A stretch of 64,000 bases of DNA from Callorhinchus milii. Its lineage: Eukaryota. The position numbers and the translations under genes were made by a program. This document shows positions 1-11,764 of the stretch, piece by piece. The stretch spans positions 83,826,001-83,890,000 of the forward strand of contig NW_024704742.1 of assembly GCF_018977255.1 (NCBI RefSeq). The letters are read 5' to 3'. The stretch's first letter is position 1. Every line of letters begins with the position of its first letter. The notes beneath the pieces are model-generated. The model saw only the letters and a list, made by a program, of their open reading frames with translations, was not told where the DNA came from and searched no databases.

Positions 1-314
1 CAAAACAATAAATATTGGACTTTGTTTTTGTGCAGGATATCTTTTGAGGAATGTTTCTAACATTGTTTCGAAGGCATGCTTTCAATTGAAAGAACGTTCC
101 TCTTTTGCATTGTTTTACTTTTTTTCAAGAAAAAGTTTAAAAACAAAGAGAAAGAGACTTCAGTTATCAAAAAAAACTGAAAGCAAGAAGGAGTTCCATT
201 GATTGTTTTAATCAGATTCTGCCAGAAGGACAGAATGGAAGGATATCCTGTGAGTCTGTGCCTTCCTTCCCCCGTGCTCCATTGTGGCATTCCTCCGTGT
301 TGATTGTACATATT

Positions 315-718
315 AGATTAGGCCTTTTTTCACTAGAGAAGAAACGTTTAAGGGGGAAACCAAATTGATGCATTTCAAATTATAAAAGGGTTCGATAAGA
401 TTTACGTAATAGGCTATTTCCACATGGGGAGTCCGTAATCAAGGGACACAACCATAAACTAGTGACTAGGGGAATCTAAAAGAGAATTTAGGATGAACTA
501 CATCACCCAGAGTTTAGTGAGATTTCCTGAAGCAGTGGTGAATCATATAGCATAAATGCATTCAAGAGGAAGCTGGACCTTTACATGAGTGAGAAGGGAA
601 TGGAAGGGTACAGGAGGGAATAAGGAATATGTGAAGATTTGTGGTGGAATATAAACATCGGCACGGACTGATTGGGCCGGGTGGGCCATTTCCATGCTGT
701 ACAGTCTATGTAAATTCT
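315..718 (+). mobile_element. CR1 LINE 3' fragment, degenerate
   Basis: Resembles the CR1 ORF2 C-terminus and 3' UTR (ttttcactagagaagaaacgtttaagggg; agggacacaaccataaa; gggccgggtgggccatttccatgctgta); similar to 15588-16055. Confidence 0.75.
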
Positions 719-955
719 TCGTATCTACTCCTCCAGATTAAATGGTCATTCACCTCATGGCTGGTTTTGGGATTGTGCTAAATGCAAACCGGCTCCTACG
801 TTTCAATTTTCTCCTCTGCATGAGAAAGCTCAGCAATTGTCCTTTGTACTGTCCAGCAAGACAGAGATAAAGTACTCACTGTAAATTATGGCTGTGCACC
901 CTTAGTTTCTCATAATGCACTGTGTTCTGTTACTCAGAGTTACATAGAGTGATGT

Positions 956-1262
956 GAAGTCCTGTAGCTTTGTGGTTAGAGGCCTCACAAGCGAGAGGAC
1001 ATTGGGTTCGACTCACAGGCAGGGTGAAATGTTGGGCAAGTTTCCTTACTCCACATGCCTCTGTTTACCTAGCAGTAAGTAGGAACCCGGTTGTTAGTTG
1101 ATTGGTGGATCTCTTTTCAGGTGGTAATAACCTCTTTAAAAACAAATGTCGTCACTCAATCCACGACTGTTTGTGGGACACTGCTGTGTGCAATTGGGCT
1201 GCCGTGTTTTGCCCACAAATATACAGTCAATTCACTTTACAGTATATTCTGTGAAACGCTTT
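956..1262 (+). mobile_element. tRNA-derived SINE, long variant
   Basis: Head gaagtcctgtagctttgtggttagag with B box gggttcgactc; body shared with the other copies in the window. Confidence 0.85.
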
Positions 1263-1269
1263 ATTTCCT

Positions 1270-1460
1270 TCTTCCACATGTGTACATTTTCAATACATTG
1301 ATGCTATTTGGATAAAACACAGCTCACTACCCTCCCTGTTAGAACCTCTAATGTAGCTTATATATATAACCTCTAGTTTTGGACTCACCAAAAATGTGGA
1401 AAGTCTATCAACATTCACTTTATCGAATATTTTCATGATTTTAAACAACTCTATCAGGCC
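1270..1460 (-). mobile_element. Old CR1 fragment
   Basis: Reverse strand weakly resembles the CR1 3' ORF region (ctgatagagttgtttaaaatcatgaaaa; ttgatagactttcc). Confidence 0.45.
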
Positions 1461-2209
1461 TCAATGGGATCTAATAAGAGTTTGTTATCATCGGGACTTC
1501 TGGATAAGAAATCCAAGTTGTGCAAATAGGGAGTCCTTCCGGTGACCTACTGCAATTATGTCACACTGACCCACAGGAAGTACACTTTGACACAATCTAC
1601 TTTCTGAGTACAGTTCTGTGGTTCCATGCGAATCCTATGAAGGATTCCGTATCAAACAATCTTATTCACAATATCACAAGTTAGACCCCTATGTACAACA
1701 GTGCATCTTGGCCTCTCAGTGTATCTCACAGTGTACCCTGACTCTGTAATTTTTTTTACATTTTGCCCACAAAATATACGGTCAATTCATTTTACAGTAT
1801 ATTCTGTGAAGTGCTTTGAGACTTCTCAACGACGTGATAAGGCACTAATTTAAATGCAAGCATTATTATTATAGTTATAATTTGCGGACCTTCTTGTTGG
1901 TATAAATGATCGTCCACCAGGTGGCAGCACATCCTTCCAGGTAAGTGATTTGTTCCTTTCATAATCTTTGTTCAGTGATTGATTTTCAGGTTCCACCACC
2001 AACCATTTCCTTAAATCTGATATTAATTTGTCTTTTGTAAATTTTAGGCACTACGTCCCATTCTCCATTAACTTTTTTGTTGTACATTTATTTTCCAGTT
2101 TTAATCTGCCACCGAGGAGCAAAATTCACACTCTCCTCACCCAAAAAGTAAGAAATTCCTTTGGAAAAGGAAGAAACCAATTGCCTAGAGAGAGATGTGC
2201 TACCCGTTG

Positions 2210-2610
2210 GCAGGCAATTCTAATTCTCGCCTTGGAATCAGAAGGTTGTAGGTTCAAATCCCTCATCAGGACTTTGATTTTATAATTTAGGCTGACATTC
2301 CAATGATGTCCTGGGGGAGTGCTGCATTATCAGAGGTGTTGTCCTTCAAATGAGATGTGAAACCAAGTTCCCGTCTGCCTGTTCAGATGAACGTTAAATA
2401 TCTCATGGCACTATTCGAAAAAAGAAGGAAGTTTTTCATGGTGTTTCCAGATAAAATCGGTTATTCAGTTAATGTTTGTTGTGTTGTGCACAAATTGGCT
2501 GGTACGATTGCCTAAAAATTCAGTTACTACACTCTAGTCTACGAAATATACTGTGGTGCATTTTGACAAAGTGATAAAGCATTATATCAAATACAAGGAT
2601 TATTACTATG
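2210..2610 (+). mobile_element. Old Deu-domain SINE (SacSINE1/AmnSINE1-like)
   Basis: tRNA-like head (ctcgccttggaatcagaaggttgtaggttcaaatccc), Deu-like core (gggagtgctgcatt; cttcaaatgagatgtgaaacc; gtctgcctgttcagatg; atctcatggcactattcgaa) and an L2-like tail with (att)n. Confidence 0.75.
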
Positions 2611-3376
2611 TCCATCCATGTCTCTTTAATTTATCATACAGTGATTACTGAAAATAGTAATCTTTTGATGATTTGTTTGTAAAGGGAAATCCCATTATAA
2701 ACATCTAACAAAAAGAACCCTGTGTTTAGTATTCAGCACATCATTTCTCTTCAGTATTACAGCACACCCCTGTCCTAGATTCAGTTACAGTGAGCCAAAG
2801 CCTGAAACACCTTGGTGTGCCACACATTTAACTGCTGTCTACCAGATTGCTTACTCTGTGGTTGCTATGAATTAGAGTCAAGATTGCATTGCAATTATTA
2901 CAGAGTTTCCAGTTGCAAACAAAAAGGATAAAAGGTTACTAGGATTTCTGGATGAGGGAATCATTTTCTAAAACAGCTGGTTTAATGGGATAAATGTACC
3001 TATAACATGTGAGACAACAACAACAGCTTGTACTGTATCGCACCTGTCAGTTAGGATGAATGTCTCAAAGTGCTTTACAATGACAATGGGGAATCACCCA
3101 GCAGGGAAGGAAGGAAGAGCTGTCAGTATGTGTGCCGACCAAAGCCATGGTCCCAGAGATAGGTTTTTAAGAAGATTTCGAAAGAGGGGAAACAAGGCAC
3201 CTTCAGCAAAACAACCCCAGGACTGCATTTGAGTGTCAGACTATGTGATTCTAAGTCCCAAAGTAGGGCTTGAACCCACAACCTTCTGACTCGGTGGCAA
3301 GAGTGCTACCAGTGCACCAAGTTGACAATAAAATCATGAACGGATTGGAAGGTTAGGTCATAGTTCTTAAACTGAT

Positions 3377-4588
3377 CGGTCGACCACGCTATCCTCCTCC
3401 ACCACTTGTTCTCCCACCTAAACCTTCAAGGCCCTGTCCTTGAGTGGTTTAGGTCGTACCTCTCCCACCGTCTTCACTTTGTCTCCACAAATGGTTTTTC
3501 CTCCAGCCCCCGCACTGTCTCGTGCGGTGTCCCTCAAGGCTCTGTCCTCGGTCCCCTCCTCTTCACCCTCTATACGCTCCCCCTGTGGTGACATCATCCG
3601 CAGACATGGGGTTAACTTCCACATGTATGCGGATGACACCCAACTCTACCTTTTCTCCTCTACCCTCAACTCCACGACCACCGATGTCCTGACAGCTGCC
3701 TGTCCGACATCGAGTCCTGGACGAGAGATAACTTTCTCCAGCTCAACGTGCGCAAAACTGAGGCCCTCCTGATTGGCTCACGTCAGCGCCTCCGCACCTC
3801 AGGCACTGACAGCATCAGCATCCAAGGCTGCACTCTCCACCTCTCAAAGCCGGTCAGGAACCTCGGGGTTCTGTTCGACCCTGAGCTGTCCTTTCTCCCC
3901 CATATCCGCACCACAACTGGCACTGCCTTCCATCACCTCCGGAACATCGCCAGACTATGGCACTACCTCACCCCTCACGCTGCTGAAACTCTGGTCCACG
4001 CCTTTATCACCTCAAGGCTGGACTATGGGAACTCTCTCCTCGCCGGCCTTCCCGGCACCTCCCTCCACAAGCTGCAGGTCATTCAGAACTCTGCAGCTCG
4101 TGTACTGTCCCGCACCAGACACCGCGACCACATCACTCCCACCCTCGCTTGCCTCCACTGGCTCCCCATCCCCCAGAGGATCGAATTCAAGATCCTCATC
4201 CTCACCTACAAGGCCCCTACCTACCCGCCCGTACCCTCCGTTCCTCTGGCTCCGGTCTGCTCCACATCCCCCGCCCCAACCGCCCTACCATCGGTGGCCG
4301 GGCCTTCAGCCTCTCAGCCCCGAGGCTCTGGAACTCTATCCCCCAGTGCCTTCGCCGCCTCCTCCCTTTCCTCCTTCAAGGCCGGTCTCAAGACCTTTCT
4401 CTTTGACCGTGCCTTCAGCTCCCCTCTCGACTCTCTACCCCTCCTCGCTCCCTCCCTTCCCTCCCCTCACCCTGACCATTTCCCCCTGCTCGGGTCCTGA
4501 CCCAACTGTCCAGCGCCTTGGGACGTCCTCCCGACGTGAAAGGCGCTCAATAAATGGAATCTTGTTGTTGTTGTTGTTGTTGTTGTTG
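3377..4588 (+). mobile_element. Young L2 LINE, 5'-truncated (RT C-terminal half, 3' UTR, (TTG)n tail)
   Basis: Encodes [40 protein letters not shown] and [13 protein letters not shown] across frameshifts. Ends in (ttg)n; possible TGATC target-site duplication. Confidence 0.95.
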
Positions 4589-4596
4589 ATCTACTT

Positions 4597-4897
4597 ATAA
4601 TAATAATCCTTGCATTTGATATAGCGCTTTTCACGTCGGGAGGACGTCCCAAAGCGCTTCACAGAACACACTGTAAAGTGAATTGACGTATATTTGTGGG
4701 CGAATGCGGCAGCCAATTGCGCACAGCAATGTCCCACAAACAGTCGTAGATGACCAATTTAATTATTGTTTTTGGTTTTTTGGAGAGATTATTATTAGGC
4801 GTGTGGAGTAAGGAAACTTGCCCAAGGTTTCGCCCTGTGCCTGGAATTGAACTCAGGTCTCTCACTTGCAAAGCGAGTGCTCTAACCACTGAGCTAC
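4597..4897 (-). mobile_element. tRNA-Ala-derived SINE, short young variant
   Basis: Near-identical reverse complement of 57490-57813 and 39053-39381. Confidence 0.93.
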
Positions 4898-5264
4898 TTG
4901 GTTAGCTACTGGAAGTCAATGGAGCATGGCAAGGATTTGTTTATGAAGACTATCCTCGGTGGGGAGTGGGGGTGGGGGTGGGTGAGAGGGAATGTAAGCA
5001 AGCTTTCCTTGGAGCTGAACTGGCTCCAAGGTGACAAGCTTGGCAATGGAATTTTGGAATCGAGTCAACTCTCTGTGTTTTTCTTGTAATCCAGTTGCTG
5101 AGCCAGGGAGGTCTACAGTACTCCTGCTGTTGATAGACTAGCCATTCTGGCTTATTGGCCTGCCTTGGAGGAGAGATCAATCAATGGGGCCAGGGATTCT
5201 TCACTCCCAGCTCCTGTTAACCATTCAAGCCAAAGTCCTAATCGGTAGGTATATCTGTAGCTGG

Positions 5265-5525
5265 AAAGAAGCAGGACATTGTCAGACAGTACTCACAATG
5301 GCAAACTATTTTAGCTGGTTAAACTGCAGCGGTACCCAGACACACACTCTGATCCCAAAGGCTTGGCTCTCACCAACCTGTGCCTAATACTCTACCGAAT
5401 TAGCTATGCATGGAGAGTGTGTGTATTACACTCCAGACACAGGAAATTTTCATGTGATGGGTGTCCAACACCCAGGTGAACAAAAATATTTGATTGTACA
5501 GATGCATACTTAAAATAGGATATCC
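5265..5525 (+). repeat. Unclassified dispersed repeat, copy 1
   Basis: Shares tagctggttaaact, cacactctg and ggctct..ccaacctgtgcctaata with 8181-8425, 23290-23547 and 24130-24381. Confidence 0.7.
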
Positions 5526-5859
5526 TGAGAAATGCAAGAGAACTAATCTGGAATTCATCACTGGTGAAGTTAATAAAATTCCACTTGCGGACTGTGAAGA
5601 CTGAAAGACGACACAAATAGACCACATGACATTTTTATGGCAACCAATATTTGAGATTGGTTGATTCCTCATATTTGGAAAAATAGAAAAAACTGGGTTT
5701 CAAATAAGATTTCAGAAAAAAAAACTTTTAAAAATCTGGAAACAGGGAAAGTGGGAGTGGCAAAAAAAATCATAAAATCGCCTCGGGAAGAGCTTAACGA
5801 ACAAATAAAAACACCTTCACTGTGGGTGTGGTTAAGAGCTGGTTCAAGCTGAAGGATAG

Positions 5860-6170
5860 CTTCGGGTTTATGTAGTACGGCGCAGAATCTATACAAGTGA
5901 AAGAATGAGAGGAGTGGGCGAGCTGTCGCATTGTTAGCCAGGGAGGAGTTTATGGTCAGTGAAAGGGCAGACATTTCCTCAGAGGAAAAGTTGTCAGAGT
6001 CAATAGGGGTGGAAATCCGTGACAGCAAAGGGTAGCAAACTAATAATAGAGAATTGCTATAGTCCTTCGGGTTGTAAGTGATAAAATCAATATGTATGAG
6101 CACATTAACGGGCTTCTGAGAAAAGAAGTGTGCTGATCATGGGGGACTTAATTGTCCTAAACGACTTTTA
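5860..6170 (+). mobile_element. Degenerate CR1-type LINE endonuclease (APE) fragment
   Basis: Remnants of VALL, VEIRDSKG, YxPP-like and LIMGD motifs, with stops and frameshifts. Confidence 0.6.
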
Positions 6171-7156
6171 AGATGTCTCAAAACAAATGTGGAACTTCAT
6201 ATAAAAGCAGTGGGATGCTCCTTCCCAATTCAAAGAGTCTTTTTTTTAGCCCAGGTCTGACTGTCCTTTTCTGTGACAATTTTGTCCAAACTCTCCTCAC
6301 CTTATTCTTTCCCCGATTCTCCAAATCTTATTGCCTGTATCCACAGCCATCCTCACTCCTGCTGCCCAGCACTATTGTTCCTCTCCCCTCCTCCCACCCC
6401 CCACCACCCTCCACACGGGATACCAGGCCAACGCTATGGATATCCTGACACACATGTGAAAAGGGGAAAAACTTTGGAAGGAGAATGGAGGAAAAAAAAC
6501 AAATGCACTTTTAGTGTTAGGTTATATATCCCATTTTGAACTCCTGCCGCCCACATTTACAGACCAGTGGGGAATGCAATGCTCTCGCCGTTTTTTAATT
6601 ACTAGTCTTGCAAATTAAGAACAGTGCAAATACGTAACAAAATGTCAGCACAGTAGGAGGCCATTTGGTCATTCACTGCTCCTGAGAAAAGCTTTCTGTG
6701 ACAACAACTACAAATTACATTTATATAGCGCTTTTCACATCAGGAGGACATCCCAAGGCACTGGACAGTCAGGGTTCCACACCCTGTAAGATCGTTATTA
6801 TGTTAACATTATGAATTGGAAATTTCAGTATGTGTTACTGACAGAATAAGAGGCGGATAGATGACTTGTTTACTTCCAGTTAATGTAACCATGCAGTCCT
6901 CACAGTTACACGGAATGATTTCATGAGTAATGCCACCTAGTGACAATGTAATGAAAATGCCAAAGGATGAGAATCAATCATCCATAGCCTGGATTTTTTC
7001 TTTGATAAAAGTGGATGTACTGTTGTACTGTGGCCAGGGAACCAGGAGAATCTCCCTTCTCTATAGTATAGCATAGTATAGTATACAGGGTGTATCGTTT
7101 GCTCCTCACATGGTTTTCTGCAGGATCAAGAGACAAGAAAACCTGCTAATGGGATC

Positions 7157-8045
7157 AATAATAATAATAATAATCTTTACGTTTGATAGTGCTTTTCACG
7201 TCTTCGAGACGTCTCAAAGCGCTTCAAGAGAATATACTGTAACACAAAACACAAAATACTGCAGATGCTGGAATCTGAAACAAAAACAGAGCGAGCTGGG
7301 AAAACTCAGAGAAAGGAAAGTGAGTCAACGTTTCGGGTCCTACGTCAGAACTGGGGCATGTTGGGAGGGAGAGGTTTTTAAGGACAAGTTGAGAGGGGGA
7401 GGCAGGGCAAGAATGACAAAGAAGACAAAAAAAGAGAGAAGACAAAGGAGAGAATGTGTTAGTTGATGGATCAAAGAGGTGATAGTGGCGTAAAACAAAA
7501 GGTCTTTTTCAACAAAAAGGTGGGTGGGGGGGGGGGGGTGTTGAAACAAAACTGGGGAGAAGAGGTGTTAATGGTGCAGAACAGGCAGCACACCAGAGTG
7601 TCTGGGGTGATGATTGTAGTGATAACAGAAGATAGCTCTTCTGGTAACAGAAAGGGGGAGGGAGGGAAAGGTGAGCTGTTGCAGTCTGAAGTAGCTGAAA
7701 TCAATATTGAGGCCAAAGGACTGAAGGGTCCCTAGCAGATAGATAAGATGTTGTTCCTCAAGCTTTCGCTGTGGATCACTGGAACAGCGTAGGAGACCAT
7801 GAATGGAGAGGTCAGACTGTGAATGGGAGTCTGAGTTGAAATGGCAGGGAAGATCAGGGTTGACCTTGCATACCGAGACTGTAAAGTGAATTGACTGTAT
7901 ATTTGTGGCCGAAATGCGGCAACCAATTGCGCACAGCAGTGTCCCACAAACAGTCGTGGATTGAAATAACCAATATATTATTGTTTTTTTGAGGGATTAT
8001 TATTAGGCGTGTAGAGTAAGGAAACTTGCCCAAGGTTTCACCCTG
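7157..8045 (-). mobile_element. tRNA-derived SINE split by a Penelope-like insertion (SINE parts 7157-7242 and 7878-8045)
   Basis: The SINE tail and body join seamlessly when 7243-7877 and one ACTGTAA copy are removed. Confidence 0.85.
7243..7877 (-). mobile_element. Penelope-like element 3' fragment (GIY-YIG C-terminus plus terminal region)
   Basis: Minus strand ~7848-7680 translates CHFNSDSHSQSDLSIHGLLRCSSDPQRKLEEQHLIYLLGTLQSFGLNIDFSYFR, typical of vertebrate Penelope ORF C-termini. Flanked by a 7-bp ACTGTAA duplication. Confidence 0.85.
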
Positions 8046-8180
8046 ATCAACTGCAAATCAAGAAAAAAAAGTTCTAAAAACGCGAAACATTTACAAAGGG
8101 AAACAACTCAGAAAAGAATTCATGCTGAGGTGAATTACAGAGAATAATTAGAGGATGGTGAATGGTGGTAATGGTGCTTC

Positions 8181-8425
8181 AGAGTATCCAAACCAAGCTG
8201 AGATTTCCATGCATCTCACGTACATATGGAAATCCCAGAGATAAATTGTTGGAATGGAATGAGCACTCTCCCTGGAGGGACATATCTGCTTACCTAATTC
8301 CGAAAGGTATTAGATGCAAGTTGGTAAGAGCCAAGGCTTGGGGACCACAGAGTGTATTTTGGGGTACTGCCAGAGTCTAAACAGCTAAAACCGCAAAGCT
8401 TGCCATTGCAAGATATGCTGTCAGA
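8181..8425 (-). repeat. Unclassified dispersed repeat, copy 2
   Basis: Reverse complement contains ggttttagctgtttagact, aagccttggctcttaccaac and ctcagcttggtttggatactct. Confidence 0.75.
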
Positions 8426-9137
8426 TTCAATGCAATGATGATCATATCGAATCTGGTATGAAAAGTCACTTATTACCAGTTATTACTAAAGTCTAATCAC
8501 GGAGAACCGATGTTTGAGTGCAGCTAAAAACAGGATACCGGGTTAACTCCATCTGTAACCTGTGAAGCAGAGCTTGACATTATCTCCAAGATTCAAGTTC
8601 AAATTCGCCCTAAGTTCCTGATTTTCAAGACAGTGATTTTCAAAGCTGAAAGACGATGAATGCAATCAATGTGTGGAAGCATTTGGTTCCAAGGGCATTC
8701 TCTAAGAACAGATGGAAATACATGACATTTCACAGCAGTTTTGATGTGATTACGGTATAACCACATTGAATCCATTATGAAAAGTCACAAATTTCACCTC
8801 TGTGTGGGAGGCTGGGTACAGCTAAAGTGGGTAGCTGTCCTTTTCTTCCTTCCGTTATCCCCTCGTTGATTTGACAATATATACAACACTTTGTAGTTTA
8901 TTTGCAGATGCAATACCAAGGTCCAATACGTACCTTGCTTATGCGGTTTCTATATCTTAAATTAAATATAAAATTTATATTTAAAATTTATTTAATTTAT
9001 TTAATTCCGAAGCTTTGGAGCTCTCTCTTTATATAACGTGAAGGGTGCTATATAAACGCAAGTTGTTAAAATGCATTGGGTGGTTTTACTGTGGTGATGC
9101 TTTGTTATGGTTTTACTGCCATTGGTGGAATAATTGT

Positions 9138-9452
9138 GGAGTCCTGTAGCTCAGTGGTTACAGCACTCGCCTCGCAAGCGAGAGACCTGGGTTCGATTCC
9201 CAGCTGGACGAAACCTTGGGCAAGTTTCCTGACTCTACACGCCTGATAATAATCCCTCAAGAAAAAAAACAATAAAAAATTGGTCACTTCAATCCACGAC
9301 TCTTTGTGGGACACTGCTGTGCGTAATTGGCTGCCACGTTTTGCCCACAAAAAANTAGAGTCAGTTCGCTTTATAGTATATTCTGTGAAGCGCTTTGAGA
9401 TGTCTAGAAGACGTGAAAAGTGCTATATCAAATGCAAGGATTATTATAATTA
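9138..9452 (+). mobile_element. tRNA-Ala-derived SINE, short variant
   Basis: Head ggagtcctgtagctcagtggttacagcactcgcctcgcaagcgag, B box ggttcgattccc, (att)n tail. Confidence 0.9.
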
Positions 9453-10071
9453 CCGTTGGTAGGATAATTGAAGCTCCATAGTAATGTGGATGATAGTAAT
9501 GTGCCTCCAGAGGTACAGTTTGCAGGAATGTTTAGGAAAGTAAAAGGAATTAAAAATTGGAGAGCTACGGCGAAATAAAGGAAAGGTCTGCATGCCAGAG
9601 GGAGAAATTAATGAGTGTGAACAAAGTAGGAGGTAACAGAAAGGTAACAAGCACAGCAGTAACACAAACAAAACATTCAATGAGTCATTTTAGATGCTCA
9701 CACAAGCTACAAAGATAGCAAATAAACAGACTCAATGTCATCAATAATGCTGACATCTCCACACCAGAGAGACACGGCCAATTTCACACGCTGACCCATA
9801 AAATGTTATGGGATAAACTGAGGTATTTTGTCTACTGCTGGTACTGTTGATATTAGTTGCACTCTCTTGCTGATTCTATTTGCAAGGTCCAGGCTCCTTT
9901 CATATTGCAAGCTTCCCAGAGGGTCTCTCCTCCACTTCCTGCTATCCTCAGAGGGCAGTTGCTAGAATCCAACAGCATCCTAGTCAGCTACTTCTATGAT
10001 TTTGTCAATAGCAAAACCCATTTGAAGCCGGGATCCCCTCAGCTCTCCTGAGCTACGTAATGTGATATTAA

Positions 10072-10395
10072 ATCATACAGATCAGGAAGATCACAAATTC
10101 AATCTGTGCTGTGTTATGTGATATTAGGTGACATTGATAAAATCTAGGGCCATCACAATTTTCATCAGCACTTTTAGCAGAGCAAAGGGAAATGTAAGGT
10201 AGGGCTCCTGATCACTGTCCAGTATTTCCTCGGAAACTGCATGTGTGTGTAAAGACAGGATCAGAACCAGCTGTGGCACCTCCACGCCACAGTTACACTA
10301 GCTGTTAATGGTCACTTTACACAGGTCACTAGAGTGAGATACTGCAGAGCAGATGGTGCCAATGATGAGTCAATACCTTTTGGGGAGGAGAGAAC
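10072..10395 (+). mobile_element. Ancient SINE (LmeSINE1c-like), degenerate
   Basis: Motifs catacagatcaggaag, ctcctgatcactgtccagt, gacaggatcag and ggggaggagagaa. Related copies at 31510-31670, 39890-40150 and 44620-44930. Family name is from memory. Confidence 0.55.
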
Positions 10396-10501
10396 AAACA
10401 TTTTTTTCCATGAGCGCATAGCTACAATTTCTCGTATTATCTCTACAGTCTGGTCCATCTGGAATTATTTGGAAGGGATAATTCTGTGCTATCTAACAGG
10501 T

Positions 10502-10863
10502 GGAGTCCTGTAGCTTAATGGTTAGAGCGCTTGCCTCGCAAGCGAGAGGACCCAGGTTCAATTCCCAGGCGAGGCGAAACCTTAGACACATTTCCTTATT
10601 CCCACTCACCTCTATTTACCTTGCAGTAAGTAGGAACTGGGTTGTTAATTGATTGGCAGATTGCTTTCCTGGGTTAGTAAAGAAAAATTTGGTCACTCAA
10701 TTCATGACTGTTTGTGGGTCACTGATGTATGGAATTGGTCGCCGCATTTTGCCCACAAAATACACAGTCAATTCACTTTACAATATATTCTGCAAAGCTC
10801 TTTGAAACATCTGAAGGATGTGATAAGGCACTATATCAAATGCGAGGAGGATTATTATTATTA
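10502..10863 (+). mobile_element. tRNA-derived SINE, long variant
   Basis: Full head, internal cctctatttaccttgcagtaagtaggaac segment and (att)n tail. Confidence 0.88.
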
Positions 10864-10974
10864 TGAGTGATGGGGATAAAGGAATAGTAAGTCTTATGAT
10901 TTTTCCATCCAGCTGCTGGCAAGGATTAGAAGGAAGACAAAACAATATGTATTCTGACAATACAATGTGTCTTT

Positions 10975-11500
10975 TTCAGTGCTTGCCCATCTCCGCAATA
11001 TCACTCGTCTCCACCACCTTACTACCAATACAGCCGAAATCCTCATCTACATCTTTGTCATCTCTAGACTCACTCGATTTTTCCAATGCTTGCCGGCTTC
11101 CACAGCGCAGCTCCAGGCCATGCAGAACTCTACAGCCTGCATCCTTTCCCGCACAAGGCTCCATGATCCTATCACTCCTCATCCTCTCTCACCTCCACTG
11201 GCTCTCTATTGCACAGCAGATCAACTTAAGGACACTCTTCCTCATCTTCAAGTGTCTCAACAACCTTGCACCCCCATGTCCTGCAACTAATGTACTGACT
11301 ACTGCCTACCCTCCACTAACTCCAGCTCTCTTCATTGCCAGGTATGCTCAGCCACTTTGCCCCCTCCCTCTACATTGTCTCACTCTATCCATCACTGATT
11401 TTAAGTCTTGCATGAAAACCTTTCTTTTCATGTTTCGGCCCACCCTCTCACCTCGGGCTCCGCTTAGTTTTTGTAAAGGGTTTTGAGATATTCTCCCATT
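10975..11500 (+). mobile_element. Old L2 3' fragment
   Basis: Remnants of HLRNITRLHH, FVISRL, QNSTACILSRT and LHWL. Confidence 0.75.
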
Positions 11501-11764
11501 GTGCAAGGTACTAGGTATATCAGAGCAAATTGTTGTTTTTAACTTAACACAAAAAGGAAATAGCCAAATCAATACATATGTAACAAATAATGATCAACAA
11601 TTTAAACTATTCCCAAGATCTACAGTTTTTAAATTTTCCATACACCCTCCTCATTCCCAAAGATCCCTTTATACAATGACAGAGTAAAATCACCCAGGTA
11701 CAGACATCTCTCTTGACAAGATCCCTCTGTAAATAAGATCACAACTTATAATAATAAAATAATA

